Positions 7,886 through 16,919 of a stretch of DNA of 64,000 bases are shown in pieces. Position 1 is the stretch's first letter. Each line of letters starts with the position of its first letter. The stretch is taken from IMG/VR virus record IMGVR_UViG_3300042465_005589, positions 62,001-126,000 of that record. One strand, 5' to 3'. The notes under the pieces are model-generated. The model was not told the origin of the DNA and searched no databases. It worked only from the letters and a program-made list of their open reading frames with translations. The translations under genes were made by a program, and so were the position numbers.

Positions 7886-8911
7886 TTACAACTTTTTAAA
7901 TTCCGGTCTTATTAGATTCCATATGATTTCAGAGTAATTTTTCTTATCAAACATTCTAAACAGAATCCCTGACATATGTTTAGGTTGAGTGAATACCCAC
8001 TCAGCAAACTCTTTTCTATCTTCTATGGGTTCTTTATCGTTATATTTACCATACATCATACCATCAAACTTTTTACCAGCATCCTCAGATATTTGGAAAT
8101 GACTATATCTTAAATCTCTAACATAAGATTTAATTTTATTGTAAAATTCGTCTGGAACATCTTTTAATATTTCCATAACATCCTCACCATTTTTCAAATA
8201 CTCCCAAACTCCGGTTGTGGTAACATTGGTCATAATTTTGTGAAGACGAAGATACTCAACACCTTTAACTTTAACTCTATCCCCATTGGAGAACTTCACC
8301 ACAAACCCTTCTTGGTCGTTTTTAACCATTTCTTTGAGTTGTTTGTAGTCGTTTATACCATCGTATTTTTTAACCACATCAAACCCGTATTCTCTCCACA
8401 TTTCCACATCATATTCTTTACCATTCTTATCAAAGGTTCCCAATAGGACTAACCCTTCATAATCACCGTAATCTACTACCACGCGATTCTGAGGAAATAA
8501 AATTTCAAAACAAAAAGTCAGATGTCTGAACATTATATCGGTGTTGTATTTTTTAAGTAATTCTCTACCCTTAATTGCTTGGTCTGAACCAAATGACCCA
8601 CGAGTCGCTAATATCCATTGTCCTTCGTACCAAAAAACTATTAAAAGTGAGCCATCCATTTTTTCATACACCTCAAAGTTTTCAGTTGGTTCAAATTTTC
8701 CTTCCTCTATGTTGAAGAATTTATCAAAAGGTTTTGCTACGATATCTCCGGTGTGGTCGGTAACTAAACCTCTACACATCAAAAGAGTTTCGTCCCACAA
8801 ATTTTCATACTGGACTTTTTCGCTATAGTTCCATATAGTTAATGGGAGGTATGGATGTACTTGTTTGTAAAGTAATCCGTCTTCGTAATATTTGTTTAGT
8901 TTTTCTATCAT
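7886..8911 (-). CDS. RNA ligase, T4 Rnl1 family
   Basis: KPFDKFFN, YEKMDGS, FEIL, EGFVV, VKVK nucleotidyltransferase motifs. Confidence 0.92.
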   Translation of the reverse strand: MIEKLNKYYEDGLLYKQVHPYLPLTIWNYSEKVQYENLWDETLLMCRGLVTDHTGDIVAKPFDKFFNIEEGKFEPTENFEVYEKMDGSLLIVFWYEGQWILATRGSFGSDQAIKGRELLKKYNTDIMFRHLTFCFEILFPQNRVVVDYGDYEGLVLLGTFDKNGKEYDVEMWREYGFDVVKKYDGINDYKQLKEMVKNDQEGFVVKFSNGDRVKVKGVEYLRLHKIMTNVTTTGVWEYLKNGEDVMEILKDVPDEFYNKIKSYVRDLRYSHFQISEDAGKKFDGMMYGKYNDKEPIEDRKEFAEWVFTQPKHMSGILFRMFDKKNYSEIIWNLIRPEFKKL

Positions 8912-8912
8912 T

Positions 8913-9239
8913 TTATTCTATTTTTTTTAAATTCTCTTCTAATCTACTTAAGAATGATTCTTCACCATCATCACCTGATAACAACCAATCCACTCGTTGA
9001 GCGTATTCTTGAGCAATTTTAAGAGCTTTAACTGCATCTTTCATCTTCTCAATAACCTCATCCGGATATTTGTAATGGAATAAGTCCTCAGGGTATTTTT
9101 TATACCAATCAGGGTCAATCCAATGTTCTTTAAGTTCTTCCGGTGTTTTTTCTAAACCATTCTTCACAATAACCTCATCTATTTGGTCTGCGATGTAACC
9201 AATCTTATATTGGTTATAATCGAAATGCCCACCACTAAT
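8913..9239 (-). CDS. Hypothetical phage protein; reading frame extends to a possible ATT start
   Basis: Open frame ISGGHFDYNQYKIGYIADQ upstream of the tracked start at 9167. Confidence 0.65.
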   Translation of the reverse strand: MSGGHFDYNQYKIGYIADQIDEVIVKNGLEKTPEELKEHWIDPDWYKKYPEDLFHYKYPDEVIEKMKDAVKALKIAQEYAQRVDWLLSGDDGEESFLSRLEENLKKIE

Positions 9240-9975
9240 GACTCACTCTCCCATCTTTATTTATATTCATAGTTTTAATATAATTTTCGTTATTTATAAT
9301 TTTACTAATATGTGATTGGTTAACACCATACATTTGAGCAATTTTTGTTTGACTTACCCCCTCTTTGTTCAATTTTTTTATCTCATTATAATCACATTCC
9401 TCTAACTTAACATATTGTTTTTTTCTTAAAGACAAATCTAAATCTGTTGCAATAGTTTTATATCTTTTCTCAATCAAAATCAAACCAATTGTTCTCCTAC
9501 TTACAGAATATAAATCACTAATTTCTTTTTGAGTTAATTTATTTTCAATTAACAACAATTTTATCTCTCGAACTTGTTCCGGTGTTAACTTTTTTAAGGA
9601 TGACTCATAATGTCCGTGAATTTTACCAACGTTAACACTTTTGTTTGAGGAGCCTATCTTATCTTTTGTGTCTTGTGACATATACACATAACCTTCCATT
9701 GATTTAGGTAAACGACAATTTAAACCTATTTTATTATCTAAACATTCATAAAATGTACCATAAAATAACTCCCGTTCTAAAAGAATTTCAATATCACATT
9801 CTTCAATAACTTCAAAAATGTGATTATCAACACCATATTTTACTAACGAGTTATATAATTTAGTTTGACTATTACATCTTAATTTTTTATACCACTTCCA
9901 ACGAGTATCAACATCTTTTGATGAACCGATATATACAAGACCTTTTGGACTTGTTATTTTATAAACTCCAATCAT
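9235..9975 (-). CDS. GIY-YIG homing endonuclease with C-terminal HTH repeats
   Basis: GVYKIT..VYIGSS..R; two HTH-like segments (QKEISDLYSVS, QTKIAQMYGVNQSHIS). Confidence 0.88.
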   Translation of the reverse strand: MIGVYKITSPKGLVYIGSSKDVDTRWKWYKKLRCNSQTKLYNSLVKYGVDNHIFEVIEECDIEILLERELFYGTFYECLDNKIGLNCRLPKSMEGYVYMSQDTKDKIGSSNKSVNVGKIHGHYESSLKKLTPEQVREIKLLLIENKLTQKEISDLYSVSRRTIGLILIEKRYKTIATDLDLSLRKKQYVKLEECDYNEIKKLNKEGVSQTKIAQMYGVNQSHISKIINNENYIKTMNINKDGRVSH

Positions 9976-10026
9976 ATTTTAAACTTTATTTATAAATATA
10001 TTAGAATCAAATAAAAGTCCCCCCAC

Positions 10027-10410
10027 TCATATCAATTCAAATTTTGTTAATGTCTCTCTTCTTTCTTCTTTGTTAATCCCCAATAAATAATTTTTAACAT
10101 TACTTACAATCGGTTTACTGTAAATTTGAACTATCTCACTAAAGGTTATTGTTTTCTTTACAATCTGAGTCGGGTCACCTTTTAATCTACCGTTTTTATA
10201 ATCACTAATAGCTGTGAGAATAGTTTTCTTATAACCACTATTTCCATCAATTAGGTTTATTGTATGGTCTGTGTATTGTCCGTTGATAATCAATCTAAGT
10301 AAATGAACCTTTCTCGCTTTACCATAAGTAATAACATATTCGTCATACCCATTATGATTGAATCCGGTCTCCGTTTTTTCGTATTTGGCAACTTTAAAGA
10401 TATTTTCCAT
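10027..10410 (-). CDS. Hypothetical protein
   Basis: 127-aa ORF. Confidence 0.7.
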   Translation of the reverse strand: MENIFKVAKYEKTETGFNHNGYDEYVITYGKARKVHLLRLIINGQYTDHTINLIDGNSGYKKTILTAISDYKNGRLKGDPTQIVKKTITFSEIVQIYSKPIVSNVKNYLLGINKEERRETLTKFELI

Positions 10411-10443
10411 AATTAACTAATTTTGTGGGTCAAAGATATTAAA

Positions 10444-10827
10444 TTAAAGTTTTACCTCAAAACGATTTTTCATTAATTTCAATTTATCTTCCGGAACCCC
10501 GTGTTCATTAACACCTTCGTGTCTGTTTTCACAAATTAAAGAATAAACTCTATATCCGTGTTTTTCAGCCAAGTCAAAGTATGGTTTCATTTCCCATTCT
10601 TGAGTAAATGTGTTTGATACCACAACTCGTTTGCCTTTATTTTCCATAAAAACTTTTACAGCGTTTTGACACCAATCGTGAGCGTCTTTTAATTTAGTAA
10701 CGTCAAATTCGTACTTACCTTCGTAGGTAAAGTATTTATCCGCTTCCATATGTTGACCACCTAATGATTCCGCCAACGTAGATTTACCACTTCCTGGTAA
10801 TCCTCTTAATAAAAATAACTCTTTCAT
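10444..10827 (-). CDS. P-loop polynucleotide kinase-like protein (AAA_33)
   Basis: RGLPGSGKST, EAD, VVSNTF, NEHGVP. Confidence 0.88.
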   Translation of the reverse strand: MKELFLLRGLPGSGKSTLAESLGGQHMEADKYFTYEGKYEFDVTKLKDAHDWCQNAVKVFMENKGKRVVVSNTFTQEWEMKPYFDLAEKHGYRVYSLICENRHEGVNEHGVPEDKLKLMKNRFEVKL

Positions 10828-11150
10828 ATTTCACATTCTTTTAAATATTTAACAATCTTCTCAATCCCACCAACATCATCCGGATTGATGATAAACTCAT
10901 CAAATGCTCCGTATCTTGACTGATGTCCAAAAATATATTTTAATCCATAACCAACTCTTTGCCAAAATGGTCGTTTAACCAAATGAGTATGAACATAAAC
11001 CATTGGAAATCTTACACCATCAATATCGTCCTCATCATATAGGACAACCATTTGATGTTCCGTGTTATGACAGGAACACACAAATAAATCTTTTTTTGTT
11101 TGTTTAATTCTCATATTACTTTCACTTCTATTAATTTTCTTCTTAACCAC
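10824..11150 (-). CDS. Hypothetical protein
   Basis: ORF with CSCHxxEH. Confidence 0.65.
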   Translation of the reverse strand: MVKKKINRSESNMRIKQTKKDLFVCSCHNTEHQMVVLYDEDDIDGVRFPMVYVHTHLVKRPFWQRVGYGLKYIFGHQSRYGAFDEFIINPDDVGGIEKIVKYLKECEI

Positions 11151-11374
11151 TGTTCATCAACATTATCAGGTCTTTTACCTAAAATAATTTCATCAATCGT
11201 ATCCCCAAGACATTCCATCAACATTCTTTTTATTTCTGCCGGTGCATCCATTGGCGCATACGAATAACAATCTTGTATCATTTCGTGAGATAACGGGACC
11301 TCAATTATTATTCGTGACGATATAAATGAATCATCTTCATTAAAATGATTATCCTCAACTCTTGTGTTTAACAT
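11111..11374 (-). CDS. Hypothetical protein
   Basis: 87-aa ORF in operon. Confidence 0.65.
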   Translation of the reverse strand: MLNTRVEDNHFNEDDSFISSRIIIEVPLSHEMIQDCYSYAPMDAPAEIKRMLMECLGDTIDEIILGKRPDNVDEQWLRRKLIEVKVI

Positions 11375-11375
11375 A

Positions 11376-12038
11376 TTATTTTCTTTTTTTTCCGTCTTCA
11401 GTTATTACTTCATCTATGTGGTGGTCCCCATCCATATTTGAACGAATCTCTCTTTCCTTAACAATCTTAATTACGTTACTTAAATCGTATGGTGAAAAGA
11501 ACAAACTACCATCCATCCCTACATCCATTCTACGACCTTTACCAAAAATTTTTGTTTGAGGTAAATGACAGTGTCCGTGTAAGTGGATGTGTCCTTTGTT
11601 TAATCCATCCCAAGAATCAATAGGGAAGTGTATTAAAACCAATGTCTCAAACTTATACATCAATTTTGTGTAATGATTAACACTCGCAAACAATTCTTGA
11701 CAATCCTCTCGGTTGTTCTCAATGTGGTGGTCGTGATTACCTAATATAAGATGAATCTCTTTACACACAATTCTGTCTCTAAAAATTTTTACATTCTCAA
11801 ACCCACCAAAACTCCAATCTCCTAAGTGAATCAAAACATCATCTTGTCCAACAACACTATTAATGTTATTCACTATCATTTCATTCATCTCACCAATTGA
11901 GTCAAAATCTCTTGTTTGAGATATTGGAATACTCCCATCAGGTAATCTCCACGCAGTTACTCCACGACATATATTCTTATGTCCAAAGTGGGTATCGGAT
12001 ATAATCCAAACTTTTCTTTCTTTATCTATTTTTATCAT
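11376..12038 (-). CDS. Calcineurin-like metallophosphoesterase
   Basis: SDTHFGH, LGDW, GNHD, HGHCH. Confidence 0.92.
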   Translation of the reverse strand: MIKIDKERKVWIISDTHFGHKNICRGVTAWRLPDGSIPISQTRDFDSIGEMNEMIVNNINSVVGQDDVLIHLGDWSFGGFENVKIFRDRIVCKEIHLILGNHDHHIENNREDCQELFASVNHYTKLMYKFETLVLIHFPIDSWDGLNKGHIHLHGHCHLPQTKIFGKGRRMDVGMDGSLFFSPYDLSNVIKIVKEREIRSNMDGDHHIDEVITEDGKKRK

Positions 12039-12247
12039 TTTATACGTTCTTTGATTATTAATTTTTTTGCTCTATCAAATAAAGTGTCAAAATACTTACC
12101 AAATTCTTCATCAGAAACTACTTTATTAAAAAAGTCATCAAAAGTAATAATTTCACCACTTTCATCCAAATGAAGTTTATATGCTCTCTCAACTATTTTT
12201 TCACCTTCCGGACCCATTATACGTGTGGTATTTGGACTCTCACACAA
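12035..12247 (-). CDS. Hypothetical protein
   Basis: 70-aa ORF in operon. Confidence 0.55.
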   Translation of the reverse strand: MCESPNTTRIMGPEGEKIVERAYKLHLDESGEIITFDDFFNKVVSDEEFGKYFDTLFDRAKKLIIKERIK

Positions 12248-12687
12248 GTTTGTGCTTGACCCTCGTTCATATAAAAATTGTTCAAATATCCCATTATGTT
12301 CGCACTTCCGATTGGGTTTGCAGAATGAACATATACAATTGGAAATACAAATTTGTCAGCCTTTCTTTCACTTCTACTCATATTGAATCTACCTTCATTT
12401 GTATTGTGAAACAACGCAACCAAGAACTTAGAGGCATCATATCCGGTTTTCTCATCAATATTGTTGTAATCCAAAGTATAATTTGGCGAAACATTGTTGA
12501 AATACTCCTTCATTGCTGTATCCCCCAAATCGTGGTCCAACGAAATTATATCAATATTCTCCAATCCAATCTCATTAACTTTACTAACAAATTCATCGTA
12601 ATTTCTTACAACTATCCAATTATCTCCGGTTGGAGTTCTTACGTCATCTAAATAGATACGATAAGGTGGTTTTACATTATTTTCCAT
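12217..12687 (-). CDS. Cyclic-phosphate-processing receiver-like domain protein
   Basis: IYLDDVRTP..WIVVRNYDEF..ISLDHDLG..HSANPIG. Confidence 0.82.
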   Translation of the reverse strand: MENNVKPPYRIYLDDVRTPTGDNWIVVRNYDEFVSKVNEIGLENIDIISLDHDLGDTAMKEYFNNVSPNYTLDYNNIDEKTGYDASKFLVALFHNTNEGRFNMSRSERKADKFVFPIVYVHSANPIGSANIMGYLNNFYMNEGQAQTCVRVQIPHV

Positions 12688-12688
12688 T

Positions 12689-13162
12689 TTATAATAATTT
12701 TTTTAATACACTATCCCAATCAGGGTATTCATTCCAAACTTTTTTCTCATAATTCCACCCAAAATGAATTAATTCACCGGTGAACTCTCCGGCACCGTTT
12801 GCCGTTCTATCATCAATTAAATAATCACCAAGTAATAAATCTTTTCGATGAGTAATTACCATTTTTTTATGAAATAACTTACCAAAATATTTCTCAATCC
12901 AATACCTTTTATCCGTAGACGCATAAGGGTTTCCCCAAGGCGCCGCAGTGGCAATCAATAATTCATATTTCCCACTATCAACCAACTTATTGATTGCCTC
13001 AATTGCCCCATCATATGGTTTAGGGTCTCTAAAGATACCCGGAATATGGTCAGGACTATGTTTGTATTTGTGAACTAAATTTGGATGTTCATCGAACCAT
13101 TTATCAAATTCTCCCCCTAAATCAACCAATACACCATCCATATCAATAAAAATTCTTTTCAT
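12689..13162 (-). CDS. 5'(3')-deoxyribonucleotidase, HAD family
   Basis: IFIDMDGVLVD, K.LLLGDYLIDD. Confidence 0.88.
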   Translation of the reverse strand: MKRIFIDMDGVLVDLGGEFDKWFDEHPNLVHKYKHSPDHIPGIFRDPKPYDGAIEAINKLVDSGKYELLIATAAPWGNPYASTDKRYWIEKYFGKLFHKKMVITHRKDLLLGDYLIDDRTANGAGEFTGELIHFGWNYEKKVWNEYPDWDSVLKKLL

Positions 13163-13266
13163 ATTTCAATATTTTGATACAAAGATACACAATTTTTTCA
13201 TATAAAAAAATCCATCACTAAAAAAATGATGGATTATATTTTGAAACCTTGTTATTTATTTATTAT

Positions 13267-14154
13267 TTAGAATTTGTTCCCACAAGAAGAACAAAACTTA
13301 TCAGAATCTTTTTTTCTTTTTTTACCACAATTAGTACAATACACTTTTAAGTCCTGTTTTTCAAAAACTTGTTGTGATACAGGAAGAATCTTCCATATTG
13401 ATGTTGAACAAGCGTAATGGTTAAAAGTTTTATTCACCGTTTGAAATGATTGGTCAGATGAACCACCTTTTTCAACTCTACCGGTTTCTAATGAATCCAT
13501 AGACAACATATCCATAGTAACCTCACTACGAGAATTAGGTTTAGATTTTTTCAAACTTCTTAAAACACCTCTATTGTTTGGACCTAAAATCTCTCTTTTG
13601 TTTGGTCCTGCAAAAGTATTACTTATTGATGTAGTATTAAAATTAACACCCGCAGTATTACTTGATGATGTAAATGATAAATTACCATTTGTGGTTGTTG
13701 TTGTACCATTACCATTAATATTAAAAGAGTTTGAGTTATAAGTATGGATTGGTCCACCAAATGAACCCCCAACATAAGTTATTGGGTTATTCCACACCGG
13801 TTGTTTATATTCATCAAAGAAGTCAATAACAACATCCCCATTTCCGGCGATGGCATCCAATACTTCATTTGATGTTCCGTCAACCTCATAAGTTTCAAAC
13901 TTAAATTTACGAGCGTCGTCAAGGTATCTCTCAAGAAATACTCTTTGTCCCGGTTTAAGTACAATTCCTCCTCCGGAGATATAACTTCCGTCAAGTTTAA
14001 TTTTCGCTAATACTGTGGTTGATGATGGGTTAAATAATTCTAGTTCGAATTCTTCCCCGTTTTTAAGATAGACATTTTGTCCAACTTGTTTAAGACGTTT
14101 TTTGTCTTTTGTAATATACGCACAAGGCGTACCTGTTTTTGTTTGGTAATACAT
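13267..14154 (-). CDS. Hypothetical protein with C-terminal zinc ribbon
   Basis: CTNCG..KFCSSCG. Confidence 0.8.
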   Translation of the reverse strand: MYYQTKTGTPCAYITKDKKRLKQVGQNVYLKNGEEFELELFNPSSTTVLAKIKLDGSYISGGGIVLKPGQRVFLERYLDDARKFKFETYEVDGTSNEVLDAIAGNGDVVIDFFDEYKQPVWNNPITYVGGSFGGPIHTYNSNSFNINGNGTTTTTNGNLSFTSSSNTAGVNFNTTSISNTFAGPNKREILGPNNRGVLRSLKKSKPNSRSEVTMDMLSMDSLETGRVEKGGSSDQSFQTVNKTFNHYACSTSIWKILPVSQQVFEKQDLKVYCTNCGKKRKKDSDKFCSSCGNKF

Positions 14155-14434
14155 AATTTCCTTATTTTATTTTTTATGTTTATTGAACTTCGCTTCGTTG
14201 GTATTAATTCCAACTCAAATGTCTCTGTGAACACGCGAACCTCAGCAACAAGGTTTCATTTATAAATATAAGGATACTTTATTTTATTGTAAATAAAAAA
14301 CCCCCAAGTTTCCTTGAAGGTTTTATGTAGAGTTAACTGGTATCTACACTTAGGAATGACCCTAAGACCACCGTTCATCACCTGTAAGGGTCTAACGATA
14401 GATATTGTACTTGCTTACACTCAAATATCCGCTG

Positions 14435-14510
14435 TGTCCTATACAGGATTCGAACCTGTGACCTTTTCGTTATGAGCGAACTGCTACTGACCGGACTGAG
14501 CTAATAGGAC
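14435..14510 (-). tRNA. tRNA-Met or Ile2 (CAT)
   Basis: Cloverleaf, loop CT-CAT-AA. Confidence 0.85.
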
Positions 14511-14549
14511 TAAAATGGGTTTTTAATGAACCCACAAACATATGTCAAC

Positions 14550-14780
14550 TTATTGGTGGTGTTTCACATACCTACCAAATTTATCAACCCTCACAGAGAG
14601 TTTCTCCAATCTAAAGTTCCACTGTTTGAACTTTCCTAAGCCCGATTTAATTCGTGCTTGTTTAATCGCAGATTCCTCTGCCTTCTCACGTCCTTCTTCC
14701 GTAGTTTCTACGAAAAAAGTGGGAGCCTGAACACCGTTATTAACGGGAACTACTCTCCAAATTCTCAATTTCTGAGTCAT
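14550..14780 (-). CDS. Hypothetical protein
   Basis: 76-aa ORF between tRNAs. Confidence 0.6.
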   Translation of the reverse strand: MTQKLRIWRVVPVNNGVQAPTFFVETTEEGREKAEESAIKQARIKSGLGKFKQWNFRLEKLSVRVDKFGRYVKHHQ

Positions 14781-14847
14781 AAATTTTAGCTAATAGCTAA
14801 AACTATGTGGAGTTGGGTTGGTTGTTTTTCATATTAATAAATATTAG

Positions 14848-14926
14848 TATCCCCGACGAGAGTTGAACTCGTAAGCCTAAGCGTCTCCTTTTAAGGAAGA
14901 GGTGTTTACCGTTTCACCACGGGGAT
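14848..14926 (-). tRNA. tRNA-Leu (TAA)
   Basis: CT-TAA-AA loop, variable arm. Confidence 0.8.
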
Positions 14927-14953
14927 GTGTTCCCCCAATGAGATTAATTTGGG

Positions 14954-15123
14954 GTAGATTTTTTCTGTTTTCCTATTCAAAAGTCGAGACGGTCTTACCC
15001 GCACATAAAAGTCAACTATTACTTGGAGGTGAGTTAGTACGCTCCCTTTTCCCAAAGACCCCCTCTGTAAAACCGTTTGAGGCGTCAGCTACATCTTTGT
15101 TTAAGAAACGATGCCAAATCTAT
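14954..15123 (-). ncRNA. Orphan structured RNA, ~170 nt
   Basis: Closing stem GTAGATTT/AAATCTAT, raised GC. Confidence 0.35.
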
Positions 15124-15144
15124 TGAGTATCTCTATCTCAATTG

Positions 15145-15238
15145 TAGTCAGGAGAGGAATCGAACCTCTCTACAGGGTGCTACCCGTCATCCGTGACCTT
15201 CCATCGGACTCGAACCGACCTTGTATCCAACCTGACTA
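15145..15238 (-). ncRNA. tRNA shell 4 with a nested second T-arm
   Basis: AGTCAGG acceptor; internal TCGGTTCGAGTCCGA. Confidence 0.6.
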
Positions 15239-15244
15239 TATTAT

Positions 15245-15321
15245 AACAACTACTCTTATCCCGTCTGTTATTCACAAGCCCTAATTTGTGTCAGGAGATT
15301 CGAACTCCATCCCTAGTTGTC
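15245..15321 (-). ncRNA. Second permuted (YrlA-like) tRNA-like RNA candidate
   Basis: Terminal stem, T-arm GGAGTTCGAATCTCC, then closed hairpin CACAA/TTGTG. Confidence 0.45.
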
Positions 15322-15362
15322 AAGTGTGTCTAAAGAGCGTTTGACACTTCCTTTATAATTTG

Positions 15363-15486
15363 TAGTCAGAACAGGGGTCGAACCTGTAATAAAAGACAAG
15401 CGGTTAGTCCTTTCACAAGGATTAGGGATTATGTCTATTCCCACATTTAACACACCACTGCGTACACCAATTCCGCCACCTGACTA
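15363..15486 (-). ncRNA. tRNA shell 5 (Leu-type D-arm, ~60-nt cargo)
   Basis: AGTCAGG acceptor, GGCGGAATTGGTGTACGC, T-arm. Confidence 0.65.
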
Positions 15487-15559
15487 TTTTCTCGTCTTTC
15501 CGAGATGTCAACTACTTGTATGTTGTTCCTACATACCAATCCTCTTATAGTCGATTTTG

Positions 15560-15681
15560 TGAACAGAGTAGGATTCGAACCTACAATAGTACCATACTCA
15601 TAAATTTCCGTTTACTTCGAGGAATCGAACCTCATCTCCCGACCTCCTGGCCGAGACGCTTTACCATTTACCACCCGTTCA
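15560..15681 (-). ncRNA. tRNA shell 6 with a nested second T-arm
   Basis: Acceptor TGAACGG/CTGTTCA; internal GAGGTTCGATTCCTC. Confidence 0.6.
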
Positions 15682-15686
15682 TTTTG

Positions 15687-15760
15687 AGCTTCCTGTCAGA
15701 ATCGAACTGACTCTATTCCGGGTTACAAATCCGGTACACCACCATTCGTGCGTAGGAAGC
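15687..15760 (-). tRNA. tRNA-Thr (TGT)
   Basis: TT-TGT-AA loop, A-C mismatch at stem base. Confidence 0.7.
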
Positions 15761-15869
15761 CTGTCGCAGAGTATTTTTTTTAAGTAGAAGTCAACTCTGT
15801 CTCTTAAACTACTAAAAGAAACTGCCCAAGGTCTATCCTGCTTTCGCTGTCCAGATTTTTCTCTGTTTC

Positions 15870-15959
15870 TTATAACATCATCACTTCGGCCACATTGGGA
15901 GAACCGCAGTTCCCACGTTGTTTAAGGAGGTAGTTGGCGGTGTATCACACCGAGTTATG
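15870..15959 (-). ncRNA. Orphan structured RNA, ~90 nt
   Basis: Closing stem and internal hairpins (GGTGTGATACACC, GGGAACTGCGGTTCTCCC). Confidence 0.35.
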
Positions 15960-15970
15960 ATAATGTATTG

Positions 15971-16043
15971 TACCTCAGGAGGGAATCGAACCCTCAAAAT
16001 CTTGTTCCTAAGACAAGCGTGTCTACCGTTCCACCACCAAGGC
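15971..16043 (-). tRNA. tRNA-Leu (TAG), short variable loop
   Basis: CT-TAG-GA loop, Leu-type D-arm. Confidence 0.75.
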
Positions 16044-16051
16044 AATTGATG

Positions 16052-16123
16052 TGACTCCACAGGGATTCGAACCCCGATAATTTCCTTAGAAGAGAAATGT
16101 CCTATCCGTTGAACGATGGAGCC
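16052..16123 (-). tRNA. tRNA-Arg (TCT)
   Basis: CT-TCT-AA loop. Confidence 0.85.
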
Positions 16124-16127
16124 AATT

Positions 16128-16348
16128 TATTCTGTTACCGACATAGATTGGTAATTAAGTGTGAAGGCCCAAACCCCTTCACTCCCCTATTATAGTCTGT
16201 CGCAACGTTGGAACGAATGCCGACCTTTTCACTTAACCTTTCGTTAGACATACGAATCTATGTTTTCTGTATGTGGTGAGTAACTTCCTTCCCCACTTGT
16301 GTTTCCGAGATATCGAGGGCACCATACTGTCTAACGTCAAACAGAATA
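16128..16348 (-). ncRNA. Orphan structured RNA, 221 nt
   Basis: 9-bp closing stem TATTCTGTT/AACAGAATA, several internal hairpins. Confidence 0.5.
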
Positions 16349-16358
16349 TAAAATTTAA

Positions 16359-16530
16359 AATAAAACACTGCTGTGGAGCAACACCACAATCCGACTTAAG
16401 GTTTTCATCAGGTGGATAGCTAATCCGGACTTATTCCCTTCTCACCGCAAAACAGATAATACGTACTTTCTGAATACTATAGGTGTCGTGATAACAGGTG
16501 CTGGTTAACCTATTTTCGTCGTGTTGTATT
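16359..16530 (-). ncRNA. Orphan structured RNA, 172 nt
   Basis: Closing stem AATACAACAC/GTGTTTTATT. Confidence 0.45.
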
Positions 16531-16534
16531 TTTG

Positions 16535-16605
16535 TGCGAGTACCGGTAGTCGAAACCGGCCCATCTGATTGGAAGTCAGAGATGCTACCGAAACACTTCA
16601 CTCGC
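16535..16605 (-). tRNA. tRNA-Gly (TCC)
   Basis: CT-TCC-AA loop. Confidence 0.85.
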
Positions 16606-16633
16606 AGTTAGATGAAATTAATCATCTATTTTG

Positions 16634-16807
16634 TTACACTTTTGTTTTAAGAGTGTCAATCTCTTTGTTGATTCTCTTCACATCAGAATCAGTTAATGGA
16701 ATCTTGGTATCCATAGTACCTTTTTCGGTTTTTACACCATTTTTTAATTGTTTCTCCAACATTTCAAGAACTCTTTGTTGTCTTGACCTTTTTGCTACTG
16801 TAGCCAT
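16634..16807 (-). CDS. Small basic hypothetical protein (57 aa)
   Basis: MATVAKRSRQQRVLEMLEKQLK.. read by hand. Confidence 0.6.
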   Translation of the reverse strand: MATVAKRSRQQRVLEMLEKQLKNGVKTEKGTMDTKIPLTDSDVKRINKEIDTLKTKV

Positions 16808-16829
16808 ACGGATTTAGTTATTAAATTAG

Positions 16830-16902
16830 TAGCGTAGGGCAGGTAACGCTCCTGCTTTGTTCGGCTTATGAGACCGATGGGATACTATACCCCCCCCTCG
16901 CG
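16830..16902 (-). tRNA. tRNA-Met (CAT), atypical, initiator-like C1 mismatch
   Basis: CT-CAT-AA loop; T-loop AGCGTTA. Confidence 0.6.
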
Positions 16903-16919
16903 ATGTATTATTTATTTTG

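Noticed and set aside
16359-16530. Type II hammerhead ribozyme (CGAAA and CUGAUGA present)
   Set aside because: Stem III is plausible but stems I and II do not pair
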